Source: an uncultured bacterium
GTDB taxonomy: Bacteria > Acidobacteriota > Thermoanaerobaculia > Multivoradales > JAHZIX01
Length of the DNA stretch: 64,000 nucleotides
NCBI GenBank assembly: GCA_965368975.1
Contig: CBDUPA010000016.1
Location: forward strand, 90,712 to 154,711
Direction of reading: 5' to 3'
Shown here: one piece after another, positions 1-8,533 of the stretch
How the letters are laid out: each line of letters opens with the position of its first letter
Numbering within the stretch: position 1 is the stretch's first letter
Made by a program: the position numbers and the translations under genes
Notes under the pieces: generated by a model
The model's database searches: none
What the model saw: the letters and a program-made list of their open reading frames with translations, nothing else
Told to the model about the DNA's origin: nothing

Positions 1-1398
1 GGCGAGCCGCTACGCTACAGCTTCCCGCATCGGACCTTCCAGGAGTACCTGGCCGGCTGCTACTTGGTCGCCGAAACGGACGATGCCGTGGGCGCGGTAT
101 ACGAGCGGGCAGCAGCCGGGGACTTCTGGTACCTGGCGGTGCAGCTGGGAGCGGAAGAGTTAGTCTACAGTCGGCGCTTTCCGTCCTTGGTCCAGCGGCT
201 GGCGCTGGGCCTGTACCCGTCGGGTGGCAAGCGAGATGAGTCGGCGCGGCGGGCGAGCCTGTGGGCTACTTGGATGGCGACGCTGCTGGAGGCGCAGCCG
301 GGCGGGGTGGCGAGCAGCGGACCGGAGAGCTGGAAGAGCTTTCTAGGCCGGTGTCGGAAGCGGCTATGTGCGCTGCTGGGCAAGGGGCTGCCTGTGCGGG
401 AGCGAGTGGAGGTGGGACGGTTGTTGGCCAAGCTCGGAGACCCGCGGCCGGAGGTGATGACGGTGGAGGGGATGGAGTTCTGCCGCGTGCCGGCGGGGCC
501 GTTCTGGATGGGCAGTGATGACTCGGACGAGCTTGCCTTCGGTGATGAGAAGCCGATCACACGGCAAGAGGTGAACTACGACTACTGGATGGCGCGCTAC
601 CCAGTGACGCAAGCTCAGTTCCGGCTGTTCGTGGAGGCCGGCGGTTACCGGGACTACCGCTACTGGTCGGAAGCCCAGGCCGCCGAGCGCTGGATGGCGG
701 AGACTGGGTTCGATCGGCGACAGGGGCCGGTCTCGTACGGAGAGCGCTTCGACTTGTCGAATCACCCGGTTGTCGGGGTGAGTTGGTTCGAGGCGTTGGC
801 GTTCACGCGTTGGCTGACGGCGGAGTACCGCGAACGAGGCTGGCTGCCGGATGGTTGGTGCATCTCTCTGCCCTCGGAGTTGGAGTGGGAGAAAGCGGCC
901 CGTGGCGGGGAGCAGGTGCTCGTATCTGCGCTTGGTGAGGGTATTGAAATGGTGCAAGGGTGGATCTGTAAAGCACTTCAGGCCGAGCAGCAAGAGAACC
1001 CGGAACCTCGCCGGTTCGTTCCGTGGACGGGTGGTTTCGAAGCGGATCGGCTGAACTGGAGTGGGCAGCGGCTAGGCGCAACGTCGGCACCGGGGCTGTT
1101 CCCGAAAGGCAGCAGCCCGGTGGGCTGCGAGGAGATGTGCGGCAACGTCTGGGAGTGGACGCGCAGCATCTGGGGCGAGGTCCCTTATCCTACAGCCGCT
1201 GCGGATCGACGAGATAGAGAGGATTTTTCGAATTCAAGCGAGTTCCGCGTCTGGCGTGGCGGTTCGTTCGCCGACTATCGGCAAGGCGTGCGCTGCGCCT
1301 ACCGCTACAGGGGTCCTCCGGACTTCCAGTTCTTCGACGTGGGTTTTCGTGTTGCGCTCCTCCCGTTATCTCTGAACTCTGAAGACTCTGAACTCTGA
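1..1398 (+). CDS. DGR target protein 1 (5'-truncated by window): post-NACHT helical region plus C-terminal FGE-sulfatase/CLec-fold domain with VR1
   Basis: Frame is open from base 1 (GEPLRYSFPHRTFQEYLAGCYLV, matching paralog 3300-6491). FGE-type motifs FWMGS, YPVTQAQF, HPVVGVSW, LPSELEWEKAARG, GNVWEW and RGGSF...GFRV are present. Confidence 0.92.
   Translation, partial: GEPLRYSFPHRTFQEYLAGCYLVAETDDAVGAVYERAAAGDFWYLAVQLGAEELVYSRRFPSLVQRLALGLYPSGGKRDESARRASLWATWMATLLEAQPGGVASSGPESWKSFLGRCRKRLCALLGKGLPVRERVEVGRLLAKLGDPRPEVMTVEGMEFCRVPAGPFWMGSDDSDELAFGDEKPITRQEVNYDYWMARYPVTQAQFRLFVEAGGYRDYRYWSEAQAAERWMAETGFDRRQGPVSYGERFDLSNHPVVGVSWFEALAFTRWLTAEYRERGWLPDGWCISLPSELEWEKAARGGEQVLVSALGEGIEMVQGWICKALQAEQQENPEPRRFVPWTGGFEADRLNWSGQRLGATSAPGLFPKGSSPVGCEEMCGNVWEWTRSIWGEVPYPTAAADRRDREDFSNSSEFRVWRGGSFADYRQGVRCAYRYRGPPDFQFFDVGFRVALLPLSLNSEDSEL
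1240..1362 (+). repeat. DGR variable repeat VR1
   Basis: Ungapped 123-nt match to TR 1875-1997. By manual count, 20 mismatches fall at TR adenines and 4 at non-A positions (2 internal, 2 near the 3' end). Confidence 0.95.
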
Positions 1399-1410
1399 AT
1401 CTCTGATCTG
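1370..1410 (+). repeat. Phased CTCTGA microarray downstream of VR1
   Basis: CTCTGA at 1370, 1377, 1386, 1393 and 1401, plus TCTG at 1407. The same spacing recurs after VR2. Confidence 0.8.
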
Positions 1411-1415
1411 GCAAA

Positions 1416-1450
1416 GGGGGAGCCCGAGGGGGCTTGCCCCCTCGGAGGAT
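1416..1450 (+). promoter_or_regulatory. DGR target-recognition hairpin/cruciform 1
   Basis: Perfect inverted repeat CCGAGGGGGC-TT-GCCCCCTCGG at 1424-1445, inside a 35-nt block identical to 6510-6544. Confidence 0.85.
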
Positions 1451-1470
1451 TGTGGTATCTTCTGCGCGCA

Positions 1471-1824
1471 ATGAGTCGACCGGAGATGCCAATCTTCGTC
1501 CGTAGCTTCGATTTCTTGACTTGGTTATTGCCTCTTACCAATCACTTTCCACGTGCCCACCGGCACACAGTTACGCAGCGTCTCCTGAATGCTGCCTTCG
1601 ATCTACGAGAGTGCCTGGAAGCAGCGAACACGCGGCTGGGTCCTGAGCGGTTAGAGTTTCTGGTAGAGGCTGATGTCGCGTTGGGGCGAGTCAGGACCTA
1701 CTTGAGGCTGGTGGAGAAATGGCAGTGGATATCGCCGGGTCAGTATGAGCACGCGGCGCGAATGGTCGCGGAGATCGGCAGGCTCCTCGGAGGTTGGAAG
1801 AAGACAGTCTTGCCTCGAACTTAG
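1471..1824 (+). CDS. avd: DGR accessory variability determinant Avd (four-helix bundle)
   Basis: About 117 aa, [23 protein letters not shown]...EIGRLLGGW, typical of Avd. Lies between the target and TR/RT; ATG at 1471. Confidence 0.9.
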   Translation: MSRPEMPIFVRSFDFLTWLLPLTNHFPRAHRHTVTQRLLNAAFDLRECLEAANTRLGPERLEFLVEADVALGRVRTYLRLVEKWQWISPGQYEHAARMVAEIGRLLGGWKKTVLPRT

Positions 1825-1874
1825 GCGACAGTTCCCGGCGTCTGACGCCGGTTTCTGTGGGGATTCGCCCGAAG

Positions 1875-1997
1875 GAGTTCCGCGTCTGGCGTGGCGGTTC
1901 GTTCGCCAACAATCACAACAACGTGCGCTGCGCCTACCGCAACAGGAATCAACCGAACAACCAGAACAACAACATGGGTTTTCGTGTTGTTCTCCTC
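1875..1997 (+). ncRNA. DGR template repeat (TR)
   Basis: AAC/AAT-rich copy of both target 3' ends (aac aat cac aac aac ... aac aac cag aac aac aac), located between avd and RT. Confidence 0.95.
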
Positions 1998-2131
1998 ACA
2001 TTCTCCGATCGCCGGAACTTCCTGGCGGGTCTCCGACCTTTCAGGCCGAGGCGGAAAATGGCGGGGTGGGTTCCCGGCCGCATCCGGGCAATGTACACAA
2101 CTGAGCCTTGCTCGGATCGGGCATATAGGTA

Positions 2132-3247
2132 GTGGCTCCGCCTCCTGGCTCCGGCCTGAGGCGGGGCGAGTTCGCCTCGGAGTTCGACCACCTTATCGAG
2201 TGGTCGAATCTACGCCTCGCCTACCGCAAGGCCAGCAAGGGCAAGCGCGGCCGGTCCGATGTGGCCGCATTCGAGCTGTGCCTCGAAGATAACCTCTTGG
2301 ACCTGCAAGCCGACCTGCAAGCCAGAACCTATCGCCCCGGCGGCTATCGAAGTTTCTTTATCCACGAGCCAAAACGTCGGCGCATCAGTGCCGCACCGTT
2401 TCGGGATCGCGTAGTGCACCACGCGCTGTGCAACGTGATCGAGGAGCGCTTCGAACGCTCGTTTGTTTCTGAGAGTTTCGCCAACCGAGTTGGCAAGGGT
2501 ACCCATCGAGCGCTCGAACACGCCCAAGACTGTGCGCAGCGATTCCGTTTCGTCGTCCAACTCGACATCCGGCAGTTCTTCCCCAGCATCGATCACGAGA
2601 TTCTGTTCGCGTTGCTGCGGCGGAAGATCGAAGACTCCGCAGTGCTCTGGTTGATCGGGCTGATCCTGGCCTCGGGAGAGGGAGTGCTGGCGGACGAGTA
2701 CGATCAGGTCTTCTTTCCGGGTGATGATCTGTGGGCTGCGTTGCGACCGAGGGGCTTGCCCATTGGCAACTTGACCAGTCAGTTCTGGGCCAATGTCTAC
2801 ATGAGCGGTCTGGATCACAAGATCAAGCGGCAGCTGCGTTGCCGGGGGTATGCACGCTACGTAGACGACCTGCTCTTGTTCTCGAACAGCAAGCGTGAGC
2901 TGTGGATGTGGAAAGGGGCGCTGGGGGCGGAGCTGGAGCGCTTGAGGCTGAAGGTTCATCCCGGCGTGCAACCACGGCCGGTGCCAGAAGGTGTTCCGTT
3001 TTTGGGCTTCGTGATCTATCCGCACAAGCGCCTGCTCAAGCGGCGCAAGGCGGTGCACTACCGGCGACGTTTGCGGGGCAAGCTGAGGGCCTCGACTCAG
3101 GCAGAAGAGCCGTTGCGGCAGAGCGTGCAATCGTGGTTGAATCATTGCCGATACGGGAACACGTTTCATTTGTGTGCGAAGCTCCTGGCGGAGGCTGGAG
3201 TTAGCTGCGAGTTGTGGCCGGAGGAACTGGCCGCCCATGATCTGTGA
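2132..3247 (+). CDS. DGR-class reverse transcriptase
   Basis: Motifs KRRRISAAPFRDRVVHHAL, LDIRQFFPSIDH, GLPIGNLTSQ (DGR-type SQ), YARYVDD and FLGF. 371 aa with no maturase/endonuclease extension. Exact start uncertain. Confidence 0.95.
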   Translation: MAPPPGSGLRRGEFASEFDHLIEWSNLRLAYRKASKGKRGRSDVAAFELCLEDNLLDLQADLQARTYRPGGYRSFFIHEPKRRRISAAPFRDRVVHHALCNVIEERFERSFVSESFANRVGKGTHRALEHAQDCAQRFRFVVQLDIRQFFPSIDHEILFALLRRKIEDSAVLWLIGLILASGEGVLADEYDQVFFPGDDLWAALRPRGLPIGNLTSQFWANVYMSGLDHKIKRQLRCRGYARYVDDLLLFSNSKRELWMWKGALGAELERLRLKVHPGVQPRPVPEGVPFLGFVIYPHKRLLKRRKAVHYRRRLRGKLRASTQAEEPLRQSVQSWLNHCRYGNTFHLCAKLLAEAGVSCELWPEELAAHDL

Positions 3248-3299
3248 GGGTAAGTTGTTCGAATTCGTTTACTAACGATTGAGTCTTCAAGAGGTTCAC

Positions 3300-6200
3300 A
3301 TGACGGACCCTTTTTCCAGCATTCTGATCGGCGCCGCCGGTAACGTCACCGCCGGTCTGATTTCCTCCTCCATCGGTGAAGTCGGGGCGTGGCTCAAGGG
3401 AGATGCGGAGCGCGAAGCGGCGCTGAACCGAGCTACACAGACGGGACTGGCCGCCCTCCTGGTCAAGGCCAAGGGGCAGGCCCCGGACCTGTCCGATCAC
3501 GTCGAGACTGCCTTCCAGCTGCCCTTGCGCCATCCGGACCTGATGGCGGATCTCGGTAAGCTGCTGCAGGTGGCGCTGCGCGGCCGAGAGTTCGACAGCG
3601 AGACCGGAGCACGCCTGTTCAGGGAATACCAGTTCGATCTCGCGGATCTACCGGGCCTCGACCTGCAGGAGTGCTTGCGCGAGCTAGAGGCGGCGTTCAT
3701 CGAGACCGCTGACCGCCAGGAGGTCCTGCAGACCGAACTGCTGACCTTCCACGCCCGCCGGCACTCGCAGTTGCTGGAGGAGGCTGTGGCGCTGCTGCGG
3801 CGCATCGGAACGGCGCCTGCGGGGCTCGCTGGTGCGGCGGACGCAGAGACGACGCGTCAGTTGTACCTCCAGCAACTGGCGAGGCATTGCCAGGCGCTGC
3901 CGTTGGCCGAGCTGGGTGGCAAGGGGCAGGGGTTGACCAAGGTGCGGCTTGGCGATGTCTTCATCGAGCTGAACACCCAGACGCGGATCCCGCGGACGCC
4001 GGAAGAGAAGAAGGTCTTCGAAGAAGAGCACGGCTACCCCTCGGATGATCGCCTACTGACCGCCGAGCAGGCCGCGGACCGGCACCCGCAGCTGGTGCTG
4101 CTGGGCCACCCCGGTAGCGGCAAGAGTTCGTTCATCCGGCATCTGGTGGCACGGCTGGCGGCTCCGGGGCCGGCTGCCCCCGCACCGCCGTGGGCGGAGG
4201 GATTGCTACCGGTCCTGCTCGTCTTGCGCCATCTGGCGCCCCTCCTCGCCCGGCTCGAGCTTGACTCGCTCGACCTGGAGCAACGGCGGCAGCGGCTGGG
4301 CGAGGCGCTGCAGGCGGCCGTGGTCGAGAGCGCCAGGCTGTGCGGTGCGGAAGCCTTCGGGGAGAGGCTGCGCGAGGCTCTGATCAGCGGCCGCTGCCTG
4401 CTGGTCCTGGACGGGCTGGACGAGGTGCCGGCGAAGCTGCGACCGATCGTCCGGCGCGCGGTTGAGGCCGCGCTGCAAACCTACAGCCTCGCCCGCGTGA
4501 TCGTGACCTGTCGGGTCCATTCCTACCAGGGCCGGGCGCAGCTGCCGGACTTCACCGTCCACGAACTGATGCCGCTGACTTCCGGCCAGGTCGAGCGCTT
4601 CGTAGAGGTGTGGTACCACGCCCGCCACCTCCACGGGTATGTCACCGCGGCGGAGGCCGAAGAGCGGGCCGAAGACTTGAAGCGCGGGGCGCGGGGCCTG
4701 CTTCAGCTGGCGGACAATCCGATGCTGCTGACCACGATGGCCCTGGTCCACCAGCAGAATATCCGGCTGCCGCCGCAGAAGGTCTGTCTCTACCACGAAG
4801 CGGTCAAGGTGCTGCTGGTGCGCTGGCAGGAAAGCAAGGGGCTGATCCGGGAACTGGCTCCGCGGCTGGTCGAGATCCTGAACGAGGACGGCCGCATCCG
4901 CCCGGTGCTGGAGCGGCTGGCCTTCGAGATCCACCGCAGGGAGCAGGAGGTGGGTGAGAGCGAGGAGTCCGGCCTGGAATGGGAGCGGATGCTCAAGATT
5001 CTCAAGGCACCGGTGTACCTGGGTTCGACATCCCTGGCGGAGGCCTTCCTGGAGTACGTCGATCAGCAGGCCGGGATTCTGGTGGGTCGCGGTGGGGGAC
5101 CGGACGACGCGTTGCGCTACAGCTTCCCGCATCGCACCTTCCAGGAATACCTGGCTGGCTGTTATCTGGTCAGCCAGTCGGAACCGGTGACGGAGATCTA
5201 TCAGCAAGCGGCGGCCGGCGACTTCTGGTACCTACCCGTGCAGCTGGCGGCGGAAGAACTGCTGCACAACCGCCGAGTTCCTCAATTCCTGCTGCGCATC
5301 GCGGTGGGTCTGTTTCCGGTGGGCGGCAAGCGCGATCAGCCGGCACGACGTGCCAGCCTGTGGGCGGCTTGGATGGCGGCCCTGCTGGAAGCGCAGCCGG
5401 GTGGAGTGACGAGCAGCGGCCCAGAGAGTTGGAAGAGCTTTCTGGCGCGCTGTCGCAAGCGGTTGGTCTCGCTGTTGGGCAAGGGGCTGCCGGTGCGGGA
5501 GCGCGTGGAGGCGGGACGGTTGCTGGCCAAGCTGGGGGATCCGCGGCCGGAGGTGATGACGGTGGACGGGATGGAGTTCTGCCGCGTGCCGGCGGGGCCG
5601 TTCTGGATGGGGAGTGAGGAACAGCCGTCAGTCGCTTACCACAAGGAGACTCCGATCACGCGCCAGGAAGTGGACTACGACTTCTGGATGGCGCGCTATC
5701 CGGTGACGCAGGCGCAGTTCCGGCGGTTCGTGGACGCGGGGGGCTATCGCGAGGCACAGTTGTGGGCGGAGGCGCAAGCCGCTGAGTACTGGACGGCGGA
5801 AGCAGGATTCAAGGGCCGTCTGGGGCCGGTCTTGAAGGGAGAGCCGTTCGACTTGCCGAATCACCCGGCAGTGGGGGTGAGCTGGTTCGAGGCGCTGGCG
5901 TTCACGCGCTGGCTGACGGCACGGGCGTGGGACGAAGGCTGGTTACCGTCCGGGTGGCGGGTGGCGTTGCCGTCCGAGTTGGAGTGGGAGAAGGCGGCGC
6001 GGGGTGGGGAGCAGGTGCCGGTCTCGGTGGTCCGAGCCCGGCTGGAGGTGGTGCGCGAAGGGCTCGGGAGGCTGGATGGCGAGCTGGTAGAGAACCCGGA
6101 ACCGCGTCGCGTCTATCCGTGGGGCGGGGACTTCGATGCGGACACGGTGAATTCTCACGGCCGTCTAGGCGGCACCTCGACGCCAGGGGTGTTTCCACAG

Positions 6201-6491
6201 GGGGCGAGCCCGGTGGGCTGTGAGGAGCTGAGCGGTACGGTGTGGGAGTGGACGAGGAGCAGCTTGGGCGAGTATCCCTATCCCGCCGATCCCGAGGGTC
6301 GCCGAGACATAGAGAATATTTCGAATGTTAGTAAGTCTCGCGTGGTGCGCGGTGGTTCGTGGAACGACAGTCTCACCTACGTGCGCTGCGCCTGCCGCTT
6401 CGGCTGGCGTCCGGGCGTCCAGGACTTCAACTGCGGTTTTCGTGTTGTTCTCCTCCCATCCACTCTGAACTCTGTCTTCTCTGAGCTCTGA
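3300..6491 (+). CDS. DGR target protein 2: N-terminal helical domain - NACHT/STAND NTPase - FGE-sulfatase/CLec domain with VR2 (NLR-like)
   Basis: Walker A GHPGSGKS, Walker B LLVLDGLDEV, sensor VIVTCR, NPMLLT and FPHRTFQEYLA, followed by FGE motifs. ATG at 3300 after GAGG (ORF track starts at 3279). Confidence 0.92.
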   Translation: MTDPFSSILIGAAGNVTAGLISSSIGEVGAWLKGDAEREAALNRATQTGLAALLVKAKGQAPDLSDHVETAFQLPLRHPDLMADLGKLLQVALRGREFDSETGARLFREYQFDLADLPGLDLQECLRELEAAFIETADRQEVLQTELLTFHARRHSQLLEEAVALLRRIGTAPAGLAGAADAETTRQLYLQQLARHCQALPLAELGGKGQGLTKVRLGDVFIELNTQTRIPRTPEEKKVFEEEHGYPSDDRLLTAEQAADRHPQLVLLGHPGSGKSSFIRHLVARLAAPGPAAPAPPWAEGLLPVLLVLRHLAPLLARLELDSLDLEQRRQRLGEALQAAVVESARLCGAEAFGERLREALISGRCLLVLDGLDEVPAKLRPIVRRAVEAALQTYSLARVIVTCRVHSYQGRAQLPDFTVHELMPLTSGQVERFVEVWYHARHLHGYVTAAEAEERAEDLKRGARGLLQLADNPMLLTTMALVHQQNIRLPPQKVCLYHEAVKVLLVRWQESKGLIRELAPRLVEILNEDGRIRPVLERLAFEIHRREQEVGESEESGLEWERMLKILKAPVYLGSTSLAEAFLEYVDQQAGILVGRGGGPDDALRYSFPHRTFQEYLAGCYLVSQSEPVTEIYQQAAAGDFWYLPVQLAAEELLHNRRVPQFLLRIAVGLFPVGGKRDQPARRASLWAAWMAALLEAQPGGVTSSGPESWKSFLARCRKRLVSLLGKGLPVRERVEAGRLLAKLGDPRPEVMTVDGMEFCRVPAGPFWMGSEEQPSVAYHKETPITRQEVDYDFWMARYPVTQAQFRRFVDAGGYREAQLWAEAQAAEYWTAEAGFKGRLGPVLKGEPFDLPNHPAVGVSWFEALAFTRWLTARAWDEGWLPSGWRVALPSELEWEKAARGGEQVPVSVVRARLEVVREGLGRLDGELVENPEPRRVYPWGGDFDADTVNSHGRLGGTSTPGVFPQGASPVGCEELSGTVWEWTRSSLGEYPYPADPEGRRDIENISNVSKSRVVRGGSWNDSLTYVRCACRFGWRPGVQDFNCGFRVVLLPSTLNSVFSEL
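6333..6455 (+). repeat. DGR variable repeat VR2
   Basis: Over 6366-6455 versus TR: about 21 mismatches at TR adenines and 4 non-A. The 5' third (6333-6365) differs at non-A positions. Confidence 0.85.
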
Positions 6492-6504
6492 AGCTCTGAT
6501 CTGA
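6463..6504 (+). repeat. Phased CTCTG microarray downstream of VR2
   Basis: CTCTG at 6463, 6470, 6479, 6486 and 6494 (spacing 7, 9, 7, 8, as after VR1). Confidence 0.8.
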
Positions 6505-6509
6505 GAGGT

Positions 6510-6544
6510 GGGGGAGCCCGAGGGGGCTTGCCCCCTCGGAGGAT
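6510..6544 (+). promoter_or_regulatory. DGR target-recognition hairpin/cruciform 2
   Basis: Identical to 1416-1450; inverted repeat at 6518-6539. Confidence 0.85.
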
Positions 6545-6560
6545 CGTGCCGCCGATCCCC

Positions 6561-6710
6561 GGAGGGCGCAATGCCTTGCGCCCCTACGCCCCACCCTTCC
6601 CCACGAACGTTACGCATCCAGGACGCTCATCCCAGCCACCACTGTGGTCGTGCCATGCGTAGCGTTCGGTCGGGGGGAGGGTCCGTAGGGGCGCAGGGGT
6701 CTGCGCCCTC
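6561..6710. repeat. REP doublet (REPIN-like) between convergent genes
   Basis: Two inverted copies of CGTAGGGGCGCA-N6-TGCGCCCTC (6562-6588 on minus, 6684-6710 on plus), plus an inner inverted pair CGAACGTTACGCAT / ATGCGTAGCGTTCG. Confidence 0.7.
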
Positions 6711-6739
6711 TGCTCTGCTCCCATCCGGCTCTCCGGTCG

Positions 6740-7678
6740 CTATCCAACCACCAACCCGACCCCCAACAACAGGCTCACCAGCAACAACAACCGCGCCGTC
6801 TCCCCCAGCAGCGGATTCAACGCCCCGCCATCCCGCGTCCACACTCTTCTCACCAACACGACCGCCAACGGCAACGTGACCCACGGCAGCAACACCCACC
6901 GCGACGCCAGCCCCATTCCGACCACCACCCCCGGCACCACGTACGCGACGCTGAGCAGCAACAAGTACTCCACCCGCGTCCCCGTCGCACCGAGCCGCAC
7001 CGCCAGCGTGCGTTTCCCGGCTCGGGCATCCGTCTCCCGGTCGCGCAAGTTGTTGACCACCAGGATCGCCGTCGACAGACACCCCACGGTCACCGAGCAC
7101 CACCACGCCAGCTCCGGAATCCGCAGCATCTGCGCGTAGACGGTTCCGCAGACGGCGACGAAGCCGAAGAAAATCATCACGAAGATGTCTCCGAGCCCGT
7201 GATACGCCAGCGGAAAAGGCCCGCCGGTGTAGGCGACAGCGCAGACGACCGCCACCAGGCCGATGACGAAGAGGGGCCAGCCGGCTTCGTAGCTGAGGTA
7301 GAGACCACTGATAAAAGCGAGCGTCAGCGCGAGCGCCAGGCCGGCCCGCATCTGCCGGGGCGTCAGCAGGCCGGCGGCGACGGCGCGGGTGGGGCCGAGA
7401 CGGTCTTCTGTGTCGGCCCCTTTTTCGAAATCGAAGACGTCGTTGGCGAAGTTCGTCCCGATCTGGATCCAGATCGCCACCATCAGGGCGCCGAGAGCGG
7501 GCCCCAGCCGGAAACCGCCGGCGTGCCAGGCGAGGGCGGTGCCGACGAGAACGGGGGCGATGCCGGCCCACAGGGTGGCGGGACGGACAGCCAGGATCCA
7601 AGCTTGGAAGGACCCCGGCGGGGCCACCACTGGCTGTACCGACTCGGAACGGACTTCGCCTTGGACGGTCTGTGTCAT
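6740..7678 (-). CDS. menA: 1,4-dihydroxy-2-naphthoate polyprenyltransferase
   Basis: [36 protein letters not shown] and VVNNLRD motifs; multi-TM. Confidence 0.93.
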   Translation of the reverse strand: MTQTVQGEVRSESVQPVVAPPGSFQAWILAVRPATLWAGIAPVLVGTALAWHAGGFRLGPALGALMVAIWIQIGTNFANDVFDFEKGADTEDRLGPTRAVAAGLLTPRQMRAGLALALTLAFISGLYLSYEAGWPLFVIGLVAVVCAVAYTGGPFPLAYHGLGDIFVMIFFGFVAVCGTVYAQMLRIPELAWWCSVTVGCLSTAILVVNNLRDRETDARAGKRTLAVRLGATGTRVEYLLLLSVAYVVPGVVVGMGLASRWVLLPWVTLPLAVVLVRRVWTRDGGALNPLLGETARLLLLVSLLLGVGLVVG

Positions 7679-7693
7679 CGCCGCGCCATCACG

Positions 7694-8533
7694 TCACGGG
7701 TAGCGCTTGAAGGACTTGAAGTTGGGCTTGCGCTTCTCGAGGAACGCGTTCTTGCCTTCCTGGCCTTCTTCGGTCATGTAGTACAGCAGCGTCGCGTTGC
7801 CGGCGAGTTCCTGCAGACCGGCCTGACCGTCGCAATCAGCGTTGAGGGCCGACTTCATGCAGCGGATGGCGAGCGGGCTGCGCTCGAGCATCTCGCGGCA
7901 CCACTGGATGGTTTCGGCTTCCAACTGGTCGAGCGGCACGACGGTGTTGACCATGCCCATGTCGAGGGCTTCCTGGGCGCTGTATTGACGGCACAGGAAC
8001 CAGATCTCGCGCGCCTTCTTCTGGCCGACGTGGCGGGCCAGGAAGGAGGCGCCGTAGCCGCCGTCGAAGCTGCCGACTTTGGGGCCGGTCTGGCCGAAGA
8101 TGGCGTTGTCGGCGGCGATGGTGAGGTCGCACATGACGTGCAGCACGTGACCACCGCCGATGGCGTAGCCGGCGACCATGGCGACGACAGGCTTGGGGAT
8201 GGTGCGGATCTGGCGCTGTAGGTCGAGGACGTTGAGGCGCGGGGTGCCTTCGCCGTCGACGTAGCCGGCGTCGCCGCGGATGCGCTGGTCGCCGCCGGAG
8301 CAGAAGGCCTTGGTGCCGGCGCCGGTGAGCACGACGACGCCGACTTCTTCGTCGTTGCGTGCCAGCTCCATGGCGATGCTCATCTCCTTGACGGTGAGCG
8401 GCCGGAAGGCGTTGTGGATCTCCGGGCGGTTCATGGTGATCTTGGCGATGCCTTCGGGGTCGCCGTCGCTATAGGCCTTTTCGTACAGGATATCGGTGAA
8501 CTCGGCGGCGGAGCGCCATTCGACTTGACTCAT
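7694..8533 (-). CDS. menB: 1,4-dihydroxy-2-naphthoyl-CoA synthase
   Basis: Starts MSQVEW after an AGGAGA RBS. Motifs [44 protein letters not shown]. Confidence 0.96.
   Translation of the reverse strand: MSQVEWRSAAEFTDILYEKAYSDGDPEGIAKITMNRPEIHNAFRPLTVKEMSIAMELARNDEEVGVVVLTGAGTKAFCSGGDQRIRGDAGYVDGEGTPRLNVLDLQRQIRTIPKPVVAMVAGYAIGGGHVLHVMCDLTIAADNAIFGQTGPKVGSFDGGYGASFLARHVGQKKAREIWFLCRQYSAQEALDMGMVNTVVPLDQLEAETIQWCREMLERSPLAIRCMKSALNADCDGQAGLQELAGNATLLYYMTEEGQEGKNAFLEKRKPNFKSFKRYP

Larger units (their letters stand above)
1..6544 (+). mobile_element. Diversity-generating retroelement with two flanking target genes
   Basis: Order is target1(VR1)-hairpin-avd-TR-RT-target2(VR2)-hairpin. Confidence 0.93.

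Noticed and set aside
1370-1410. CTCTGA repeats as a CRISPR array
   Set aside because: Units are 5-6 nt with 1-3 nt spacers, and no cas genes are present.
1794-2132. 112-aa ORF across TR
   Set aside because: It is TR read in the VR frame, starts at a TTG inside avd and has no independent support. Translation is not excluded, since its stop abuts the RT start.
2132-3247. RT as a group II intron, retron or CRISPR-associated RT
   Set aside because: Short RT with the SQ motif, adjacent avd and an A-biased TR/VR pair identify it as a DGR RT.
5560-6491. Formylglycine-generating enzyme activity for the FGE domains
   Set aside because: The domain is fused to NACHT and its binding surface is the hypervariable VR, so a ligand-binding role fits better.
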